Shown: positions 1-6,331 of the stretch, one piece after another
Layout of the letters: the number at the start of each line of letters is the position of its first letter
Numbering within the stretch: the first letter of the stretch is position 1
Assembly: GCA_039815185.1 (NCBI GenBank)
Contig: JBCBZT010000104.1
Location: 1 to 11,571 of the forward strand
DNA: 11,571 nt
Source: Cyanobacteria bacterium P01_A01_bin.123
GTDB taxonomy: Bacteria > Cyanobacteriota > Cyanobacteriia > Phormidesmidales > Phormidesmidaceae
Direction: 5' to 3'
Notes under the pieces: model-generated
What the model was told of the DNA's origin: nothing
Seen by the model: only the letters and a program-made list of their open reading frames with translations
The model's database searches: none
Position numbers and translations under genes: made by a program

Positions 1-329
1 CCATGCAAAATGATCAGCTGGGTATAGAAAAATGATGAGGAGTCACGGTGCCAGCAATAGAGCACCACCGCTGCAGTCACCAAACCATTCGTCAATATAA
101 AGAATCCGCTCAGCGAATCAACCCAGAGGGCAACGCCCGCATGATCCAGCAGATGCAGCGTCAGCGACGCATCACTGATGAATATCTGCATGGCATAGCC
201 CACGGATGCCAGCGCCACACCCAACGCCAGATACCGGGCCAGATGGGGCACGAGCGTCATGCTGAATCCCAGGAAAAATGGCAACGCCATCCACACAATG
301 GTCTCGGTACTCAACGACAACAGAGTCAT
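1..329 (-). CDS. mrpD: 5' part of MrpD/MnhD-type (NdhD5/NdhD6-like) Na+/H+ antiporter subunit; runs off the left edge of the window
   Basis: Not in the ORF track. Manual translation from ATG 329: MTLLSLSTETIVWMALPFFLGFSMTLVPHLARYLALGVALASVGYAMQIFISDASLTLHLLDHAGVALWVDSLSGFFILTNGLVTAAVVLYCWHRDSSSFFYTQLIILH(G), open to the edge. The segment D-LSGFFILTN-LVTAAV-LYCW...FFY-Q-IILHG is typical of cyanobacterial MrpD/NdhD5-type proteins, and the context downstream of bicA-nhaS3 fits. Confidence 0.88.
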   Translation of the reverse strand, partial: MTLLSLSTETIVWMALPFFLGFSMTLVPHLARYLALGVALASVGYAMQIFISDASLTLHLLDHAGVALWVDSLSGFFILTNGLVTAAVVLYCWHRDSSSFFYTQLIILH

Positions 330-369
330 GACAGAACATTCCACTCAATTTCGCTCGTTTTCAGGATTG

Positions 370-396
370 GATTATTTTTGAAGGTCAAAAATAATC
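370..396. repeat. Perfect 12-bp AT-rich inverted repeat between the DUF6671-like gene and mrpD
   Basis: gattatttttga (370-381) - agg - tcaaaaataatc (385-396); abuts the stop codon at 395-397. Confidence 0.8.
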
Positions 397-1261
397 ACGG
401 ATTACAGCTCCAACAGTGAGCCGGATCGGCCTCCGTTATGCCATTTGGAAACATGACCTCGTGCACATGCCCACACCGCTGACAGCGCTGGACAGCTAGT
501 CGAATCATCTCAGTTGGCAAGCGACATAACCCACAGGGCAATCCTGGGATCTGCTCCACCACGTCAAACCCTGGGCAACCACACTCAGGACATCGCTGCC
601 GAATTTTCAACACCAGATCTCGCGTGGCTTGAACAATCACATCCATCCGTGTGGGGTTGTACAGCGCTCGCATATCTGTTTCCAGATGAACCGTTCGCGT
701 CGGGGAGGTGCGCAGGGTGGTTTCAATGGCCGTGACAAGCTCAGCCTCGGTAGCAATGCCTTTGACAATTGCATCCGCAGTCGACCCCTCTGCCGCAGGC
801 ATCACAACGAGGCCATGTTCTGGAAAGCCAATCTCCTGCGCAAATGTCAGAGCATCGTCCAGCGACCGAATCGTTGCGTGACGATAATTTGTCGTCGTCG
901 ATAACACCTGCCCCACAATTTCAATGGCGTTGATCTGATCCACCAACAGCACAATCTCGCGGTCACAGGGAAGCAAGGGTAGCGCTGGATGAGGAAAAAA
1001 AGCCCCCTCACTGGCGATCGCCACCGCTTCACCCGTCATCTCCAGTGCAGCCTGAGCCTTGAGTCGGGCCGTTTCAATTTGAGTACCCAGGCGGGGCACA
1101 TCGCGGGTGAAGGTGCCAAATCGATCGGTATCAAATTGCGGCACCACGGTAACGGTCATCCCCAATTCCTGAGCAAACACAGGGGCGATCGCCCGTTCTT
1201 TCTGGTGCATCGTTGCTAACACAGCCGTTTCACGGCTCAGCCCAACTCCATCGTTCCCCAT
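395..1261 (-). CDS. DUF6671-like protein (~288 aa) with C-terminal four-CxxC putative metal-binding domain
   Basis: C-terminal part of ORF 395..1531. Recognisable family sequence (AVLATMHQKERAIAP...FDTDRFGTFTRDV.R.GTQIETARLKA...AIASEG.F.PHP...ETDMRALYNPTRM) starts just after ATG 1261. C-terminus has CPEC, CGLC, CQRC and CWSCNP. The upstream 90 codons overlap the separate 64-aa gene and are probably not translated. Confidence 0.82.
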   Translation of the reverse strand: MGNDGVGLSRETAVLATMHQKERAIAPVFAQELGMTVTVVPQFDTDRFGTFTRDVPRLGTQIETARLKAQAALEMTGEAVAIASEGAFFPHPALPLLPCDREIVLLVDQINAIEIVGQVLSTTTNYRHATIRSLDDALTFAQEIGFPEHGLVVMPAAEGSTADAIVKGIATEAELVTAIETTLRTSPTRTVHLETDMRALYNPTRMDVIVQATRDLVLKIRQRCPECGCPGFDVVEQIPGLPCGLCRLPTEMIRLAVQRCQRCGHVHEVMFPNGITEADPAHCWSCNP

Positions 1262-1302
1262 CACACCAATCTCTATCTGTATGAATGATTGTTGGTTTCG
1301 CC

Positions 1303-1497
1303 TTATCGACGCAACATCACCATTGAACCGATTAGCGACGCTAGCAGCACCTGAGCCGACGGAGGTGCCCAAGAAAATCCCCAAATAAAGCTGATCATGC
1401 TTGTTGCCTTCACTGCCAAGGTGTGGACTTCCTCCGTCACCTGCCGACTCCAAAGGACGAGTAGACCACCCATCATCAGTAAGGTTATCCAGACCAT
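1303..1497 (-). CDS. Small hypothetical membrane protein (64 aa)
   Basis: Strong SD (aaggagaggag) just upstream of ATG 1497. Two to three hydrophobic segments separated by 'EEVH' and 'WAP'. Co-oriented with, and 41 bp upstream of, the DUF6671-like start. Confidence 0.72.
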   Translation of the reverse strand: MVWITLLMMGGLLVLWSRQVTEEVHTLAVKATSMISFIWGFSWAPPSAQVLLASLIGSMVMLRR

Positions 1498-1550
1498 GTA
1501 CTCCTCTCCTTATGATCACGGCCCAATTCATGCAGCAAACTGGCCAGATG

Positions 1551-1655
1551 TCAGTCGCTAGCCATCAGTCAACGTAACCGTCTAAATACTGTGCCGCCCC
1601 CTGCGCGGGCGGCACAGTATTTGGGGTTTTGGTTTTAATGACGTCCAGGTACTGA
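1551..1655. mobile_element. ~105-bp MITE-like element (family 2, copy 1) with central GC-rich hairpin
   Basis: Imperfect terminal IRs (tcagtcgctagccatcagtcaa vs reverse complement of right end tcagtacctggacgtcattaaa). Perfect 16-bp stem aaatactgtgccgccc (1584-1599) / gggcggcacagtattt (1607-1622). Related to 1696-1882. Confidence 0.7.
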
Positions 1656-1695
1656 TCACACCCAGTCTGGACAAGGCCATGCCCTGTTTCGTTGA

Positions 1696-1882
1696 TAAAT
1701 AGCTAGCCATCATGAACCGTAAATTGTTAGCTATTTAAATTGCATGGTTGTCCCCTGCCTCCGGCGGAGGACAACCACCAACATACGAAAAATAGGTGAA
1801 TGTTAGCTTAACCTTCCAACCCTTGTGTCGCCTGCACAGCGGACGGCACAGGGGTTGAGTTTTAATGGCGTCTAGGTTCTTA
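1696..1882. mobile_element. MITE-like element (family 2, copy 2) interrupted by a nested element
   Basis: Shares left end gctagccatca..a.cgtaa, hairpin tgtg(c/t)cg...cggcaca and right end gttttaatg(a/g)cgtc(c/t)aggt(a/t)ct with copy 1. Removing the insert plus one TTA leaves ~106 bp. Confidence 0.65.
1730..1807. mobile_element. 78-bp nested MITE-like insert flanked by TTA direct repeats
   Basis: tta (1727-1729) | gcta...tagc | tta (1808-1810). Internal hairpin tggttgtcc (1745-1753) / ggacaacca (1769-1777) with inner stem ctgcc-tcc-ggcgg. Confidence 0.6.
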
Positions 1883-1938
1883 TGCTTACCAGTGCACTGC
1901 CCGGTGAGCAGCACACTGGCGTTATGAATCTGTTCAGA

Positions 1939-3378
1939 CTATGCGCCACCCACGACATCGACAGATGCCTCGGCAGGCAGCCCATCCACCGAACCCTCTC
2001 CTTTGAAGGCATATCGAAGAAAGGGAGGAGCGATGAAGGTGGTCACAATAACCATCGTGATGATGGCAGCCTCTAGCGGCTTACTCAACACGCCACTCGC
2101 CGCGCCGATTCCTGCAAACACTAATCCCACCTCTCCACGAGGAATCATACCCACGCCAATGGCAAGGCGATTAATCTGCGGTTGACCAAAAACCACCCAT
2201 CCCGTCACCAACTTACCGACAATGGCAATCAGGATAAGGAACGTCGCAATGATCAAGCCTTCTCGGTTCTCCGCAATCATGGGGTTCAGGACACTTAAAT
2301 CCGCCTTTGCCCCAACGGTCACGAAGAAAATGGGAACGAAAATATCGGCAATGGGAAGCACTTGTTGATCCAGCTCTTTCCGTTTATCCGTTTCATCCAA
2401 GACTAACCCCGCAGCAAACGCACCCAAAATCGCTTCGAGATGAATCGCATTCGCCAAAAAGGCCATCAAAAATGCGAACACAAGCGCAGGAATAATCAGC
2501 TTGCCCCGCGTTTGCAGCTTGTCGGCGATCGCCACAAAGGCTTGATTGAAAAATTTGCCTAAGAAAATCGCACCAAGTAAGAAAACACTTGCACTAATAA
2601 TGAGATAGACCAAATTGAGTACATCGACTTCGCCCGTCTTGGCCAAACTCGCCACAACAGCCAATACAATAATGCCGAGCACATCGTCAATGACGGCAGC
2701 GCCAACAATCATCTGTCCTTCAGTCGATTTCAGATGCCCCAACTCAGACAACACCTTAGATGTAATGCCAATGCTCGTGGCCGTCAGTGCAGCTCCAGCA
2801 AAAATCGCCGGAATCGTCGGAATATGAAACAGGGCAATCAACCCCAAGGTGCCACCCACAAACGGAGCAACCACGCCCACAACCGCCACAACCGCAGCTT
2901 GATAGCCAACCTTCGTCAACTCTCGCAGGTCAGACTCTAGTCCAATCTCAAACAAGAGAATAATCACCCCTAGTTCAGCCAGAACCGACAACACTTCACT
3001 CTGGCTCGTAAAGATAGAGGAGAACGACTCTGCGCTGAGTTCCCCACCACTAATCCACTGCAATACAGGCATCAGAGTCGAATCTGCAGCTGTGGCTCCC
3101 CCTTCGGGAAAAACCAGCAGATGCAACGCCGACACACCAACCACCACACCACCGACCAGCTCACCCAATACTGGGGGCAAGTTCATCATGCGAGACAGTT
3201 CGCCCCCCAGCTTACTCGCGAGGTAAACGACAACAAGACTCAGCAACACGGCAGCTAATACCAATGGGGATTCATTTGGAACGGTAGCCGTCCCCATGAA
3301 TGTCCCCCACGATGACCATGAAAGGAATGGGGCGATCGCGCCCGAGGCCATCCCATCAGTAAACAACGGGTTCATCAT
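1939..3378 (-). CDS. nhaS3: CPA2-family Na+/H+ antiporter, NhaS3/NapA type
   Basis: ORF 1939..3399; preferred start ATG 3378 has GGAGG 6 nt upstream. Motifs PPVLGELVGG, LFEIGLESDL, ALTATSIGIT, GAAVIDDVLG (DD cation site), ILGAFAAGL and GMIPRGEVGL. Directly downstream of bicA. Confidence 0.92.
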   Translation of the reverse strand: MMNPLFTDGMASGAIAPFLSWSSWGTFMGTATVPNESPLVLAAVLLSLVVVYLASKLGGELSRMMNLPPVLGELVGGVVVGVSALHLLVFPEGGATAADSTLMPVLQWISGGELSAESFSSIFTSQSEVLSVLAELGVIILLFEIGLESDLRELTKVGYQAAVVAVVGVVAPFVGGTLGLIALFHIPTIPAIFAGAALTATSIGITSKVLSELGHLKSTEGQMIVGAAVIDDVLGIIVLAVVASLAKTGEVDVLNLVYLIISASVFLLGAIFLGKFFNQAFVAIADKLQTRGKLIIPALVFAFLMAFLANAIHLEAILGAFAAGLVLDETDKRKELDQQVLPIADIFVPIFFVTVGAKADLSVLNPMIAENREGLIIATFLILIAIVGKLVTGWVVFGQPQINRLAIGVGMIPRGEVGLVFAGIGAASGVLSKPLEAAIITMVIVTTFIAPPFLRYAFKGEGSVDGLPAEASVDVVGGA

Positions 3379-3517
3379 CAACAACCTCCAAAACAGCATG
3401 TCATGCAGTCAGAACCATGAACAAAAAACTCTCTCCCAACACGCATCGCGGCGCGCGATCCTGCTCGTTAGCAGCATTCTCGATTGACAATGCTGCAGCC
3501 TACCTCACCCTTGAGTC

Positions 3518-5221
3518 CTATGCCAAAGCATCGGTGGTGGGTTGATTAGGCAAGGATTCCACCAGTGACGCATTGTCGTTACGCACGAGGGCAACGGCTT
3601 GACGCAGAGCCTCAGTCCGATCAATCAACAGATGATCAGCAGAAATCCGATCGAACATTCCCATCCGCTCCAACCGTCGCTTAATCTGTCCAGTGGCTCC
3701 CACAATAAAGACTTGACGGTCTTTCTCAATCGCTTCGTTGATAGCATTCTCAATCGCTAGGGATGAGGTCACACCCACATGGGGCACATCGCTCAGATCC
3801 AGAATCAACACATCACAATTTTGAACGGCATTATGCTCGCGATTAATGGCCTTGGCCACCCCAAAAATCATCGGCCCGCTCAGATGGAACAGTAAGACAC
3901 GACCATCGGCTTGATCCAACAGATGCTTCTCCGTGTCGCTCAAGTCAATCAAGTCATCCGCATCAGTAATCGCGCTCACAGAGGACGACTGAAGCTGACT
4001 GAGGCGATCGATCGTCAGAATATTCGCCACAAAGACACCAATCCCAACAGCCGCAATCAAATCGACCAATACGGTCAGCGCAATGACACCGTACATAATC
4101 AATGCACCTTTAATGGAGATTTGGTGCGCACGCTTCAAAAAGCTCCAGTCGATGATGTCAATACCCACCTTGAGAGCAATCCCAGCCAACACCGCCATTG
4201 GAATCGTCGACGTTAAGCTTCCCGCCCACAACACAATAACGAACAAGATACAGGCACGGGTCAAACCCGAGAGTGCAGTGCGCCCGCCAGTCTGGATATT
4301 CACGACCGTTCCCATCGTGGCACCAGCACCAGCAATCCCACCAAACAAGCCTGATACAAGGTTTCCAAGTCCTTGACCAATCAGCTCTTTATTCGAGTCA
4401 TGTTCAGTACGAGTCAGGCTATCGGCAACCACGGACGTGAGTAACGCGTCAATACAGCCGAGCATTCCTAATACAGCCGCATCTACAAACATAAGCTGCA
4501 GTTGATCCGGGCTGAAGGTAGGCACCTGGAGGCTGGGCAATCCCATTGGAATTTCACCAATGCGACGAATATCCAACCCAGGGAAAAGCATCAGCGATAC
4601 CAAGGTTCCTGCCACTAACGCCAGCAACTGAGGGGGAACCCATTTCTTTATCTGCGAGGGCGTAAATACTAAGATCGCCACAGTGAGAACAGCTAATCCA
4701 GTTTCTGCCGGACTAATATTCGTCAACAATTGAGGCAAACTTTGCAGTGTCCCCACAACACCACCACCGGGACTGGCTTGCCCTAAAAACGGTGCAGTCT
4801 GCAGGATAATCAGGATAATCCCAATTCCAGACATGAATCCAGAGATGACCGTGTAGGGCATCAATGTCACATAGCGCCCTAACCGTAGAGCACCGAGAAT
4901 CATTTGAAAGATTCCCGCCATCATCACGACGGTGAACGCCATCGCTAGCCCGTTTTCAGGATTCGACGCCGTCAAGTCTGCAATCACAGCCGTCATGACA
5001 ACGGTCATTGGCCCCGTGGGCTCTGATATTAGTGTTGGCGTTCCGCCAAATAATGCCGCAAAAAAGCCAACAAGAACGGCACCCCAGAGTCCGGCTGCCG
5101 CACCAGCCCCCGAAGCGACACCAAAAGCAAGGGCCATTGGTAAGGCAATAATTGCAGCTGTGACACCCCCAAAGATGTCGCCCTGCAAGTTTCTAAAATG
5201 AATTCGATTGGTCAGTTGCAT
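3518..5221 (-). CDS. bicA: SulP/SLC26-family Na+-dependent bicarbonate transporter BicA with C-terminal STAS domain
   Basis: N-terminus MQLTNRIHFRNLQGDIFGGVTAAIIALPMALAFGVASGAG and motifs ISEPTGPMTVV, LGCIDALLT, GAGATMGTVVN, LSGPMIFG...LDLSDVP are characteristic of cyanobacterial BicA. Confidence 0.95.
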   Translation of the reverse strand: MQLTNRIHFRNLQGDIFGGVTAAIIALPMALAFGVASGAGAAAGLWGAVLVGFFAALFGGTPTLISEPTGPMTVVMTAVIADLTASNPENGLAMAFTVVMMAGIFQMILGALRLGRYVTLMPYTVISGFMSGIGIILIILQTAPFLGQASPGGGVVGTLQSLPQLLTNISPAETGLAVLTVAILVFTPSQIKKWVPPQLLALVAGTLVSLMLFPGLDIRRIGEIPMGLPSLQVPTFSPDQLQLMFVDAAVLGMLGCIDALLTSVVADSLTRTEHDSNKELIGQGLGNLVSGLFGGIAGAGATMGTVVNIQTGGRTALSGLTRACILFVIVLWAGSLTSTIPMAVLAGIALKVGIDIIDWSFLKRAHQISIKGALIMYGVIALTVLVDLIAAVGIGVFVANILTIDRLSQLQSSSVSAITDADDLIDLSDTEKHLLDQADGRVLLFHLSGPMIFGVAKAINREHNAVQNCDVLILDLSDVPHVGVTSSLAIENAINEAIEKDRQVFIVGATGQIKRRLERMGMFDRISADHLLIDRTEALRQAVALVRNDNASLVESLPNQPTTDALA

Positions 5222-5263
5222 GAAAAGAGTCGGCCTACATCAAAATACATAAGACTACGCTGA

Positions 5264-5310
5264 ATAGAGTAAAATCTATGCTTTTATTTTTATCATAGGT
5301 TTATTCCTAT
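5264..5310 (-). promoter_or_regulatory. Two NdhR (CcmR) operator boxes upstream of bicA
   Basis: ATAG-agtaaaat-CTAT (5264-5279) and ATAG-gtttattc-CTAT (5295-5310) both match the ATAG-N8-CTAT NdhR motif exactly and start 31 bp apart. Candidate -10 TAGTCT on the minus strand at ~5252-5257. Confidence 0.85.
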
Positions 5311-5651
5311 GGATCGAAGATACCACCGCCCCATCACAAATGCCAGATCAACACAGTTTATGTTTTCTCATCCATATAGAAACGTTTGCTTATCATTGGC
5401 TTGTCAGTTCTGTTTGTTTCGTCGTCGCTCACGCTCTCACATCGAAACACGCACACTCACGACCCTGCCTCGTCATGGGCAAAGCGATTGTAGAGAAAGG
5501 TAAGGGCGTGGTTCCGGAGGGTTCAATCCTCCGGATCTTCAATGATTTGAGCACGATCTCTAGGCCGTTCGAAGTGTCCATAGCCTCATCGATGGTGATG
5601 GTCAGACCATGGGCCATCATTACGAGGCAATCGACAAAAGCAGATTGCTGA

Positions 5652-5777
5652 TATAGCGATGGCCAGTTCGCTTAGGACATAGGCAACCGCCAATAGCCAA
5701 CACTAGTGCGGCAAACTGGCGTATAGCCATCGCTTTCGGACGACTGGAATGTCATAAACACTCTGGCGATGGCTATA
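5652..5777. mobile_element. Decayed/compound TATAGC-ended MITE-like repeat(s)
   Basis: Perfect 12-bp IR tatagccatcgc (5722-5733) / gcgatggctata (5766-5777). A third similar end tatagcgatggccag begins at 5652. Inner IR gccagttcgc (5662-5671) / gcaaactggc (5711-5720). End cores are one-mismatch HIP1 variants. Confidence 0.55.
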
Positions 5778-5779
5778 AA

Positions 5780-5831
5780 TTTGAGCATGTACTGGGGGCT
5801 CAAACCTCTAAATCCATGTTGTGATGGATTT
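5780..5831 (-). terminator. Two short hairpins downstream of CP12 (possible 3'-end/terminator structure)
   Basis: aaatccat/atggattt (5810-5831) and tttgagc/gctcaaa (5780-5804) lie just past the CP12 stop; U-tract is weak. Confidence 0.35.
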
Positions 5832-5843
5832 CAATCGACAGAC

Positions 5844-6128
5844 TCAACAGTCATAGATTCGACTTTCGGGTGCATCGGGATGAGCCGCACAGTAGCGCTC
5901 GAAAGCAGATTGAGAAAGCGAGGATTTATTGGCCTTTGCGGTTTGTAGTTCTTCGACTGTTTCCCAGGCGATCGCCACGTTAATGTTGCTCGTTCCGTGC
6001 ATCGACGTTAACCGACGAGCATGTTCTAAGGCCGCTTGTAAAACATTTTCAAACGTTTTTTCAAACGTTGGTTTTCTGGCTAAAGTAGGCGCTGGGTAGT
6101 TGGGGATAAGAGTCGTTGTGCTTTCCAT
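5844..6128 (-). CDS. cp12: CP12-family protein, atypical cysteine pattern (94 aa)
   Basis: Core AWETVEEL (canonical AWDxVEEL) and C-terminal FERYCAAHPDAPESRIYDC (canonical FExYCxxNPxAxECRxYDD). Confidence 0.88.
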   Translation of the reverse strand: MESTTTLIPNYPAPTLARKPTFEKTFENVLQAALEHARRLTSMHGTSNINVAIAWETVEELQTAKANKSSLSQSAFERYCAAHPDAPESRIYDC

Positions 6129-6176
6129 AACTATCTAAACCTGCGATGTAGTGTGAACTGATTACATCTTATTGAT

Positions 6177-6241
6177 AATCTATAAAAATAGAAACCCTTA
6201 AATAACATAAGTTTTATCTATGTTTTATTAGGTTTTCTAAT
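6177..6241 (-). promoter_or_regulatory. LysR-type (RbcR-like) activated promoter of CP12
   Basis: ATTAG-gtttt-CTAAT (6227-6241) matches the RbcR motif ATTA(G/A)-N5-(C/T)TAAT exactly. Adjacent T-N11-A site ATAA-gttttat-CTAT (6207-6221). Candidate -10 TAGATT on the minus strand (6177-6182) puts the main box near -65, the standard LysR activator position. Confidence 0.65.
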
Positions 6242-6331
6242 GGTCTTGGCTACATGGCTAACCCATGGTGTGACGTCAGCACCAAAGATGCTGCGCGCGC
6301 TCAGTTGCCCCTTGAAACACGGCCATCTGAC

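Noticed and set aside
48..419. 123-aa plus-strand ORF
   Set aside because: Antisense shadow of the mrpD 5' region; no recognisable features.
1262..1531. N-terminal 90 aa of the 378-aa ORF
   Set aside because: Overlaps the SD-led 64-aa gene; family-like sequence only begins near ATG 1261.
1551..1882. Repeated hairpins as a possible CRISPR array
   Set aside because: Units are long, divergent, irregularly spaced and TIR-bounded; no cas genes nearby.
3379..3399. Upstream ATG of nhaS3
   Set aside because: GGAGG is positioned for ATG 3378.
2003..5201. Multiple plus-strand ORFs opposite nhaS3 and bicA
   Set aside because: Typical antisense ORFs of hydrophobic-protein genes.
5513..5580. tRNA-like GTTCAAT / GTTCGAA motifs
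   Set aside because: No valid 5-bp T-stem with 7-nt loop, cloverleaf or acceptor stem.
5309..5651. ORFs 5309..5503, 5340..5651 and 5429..5620
   Set aside because: Mutually overlapping, no clear SD or recognisable motif.
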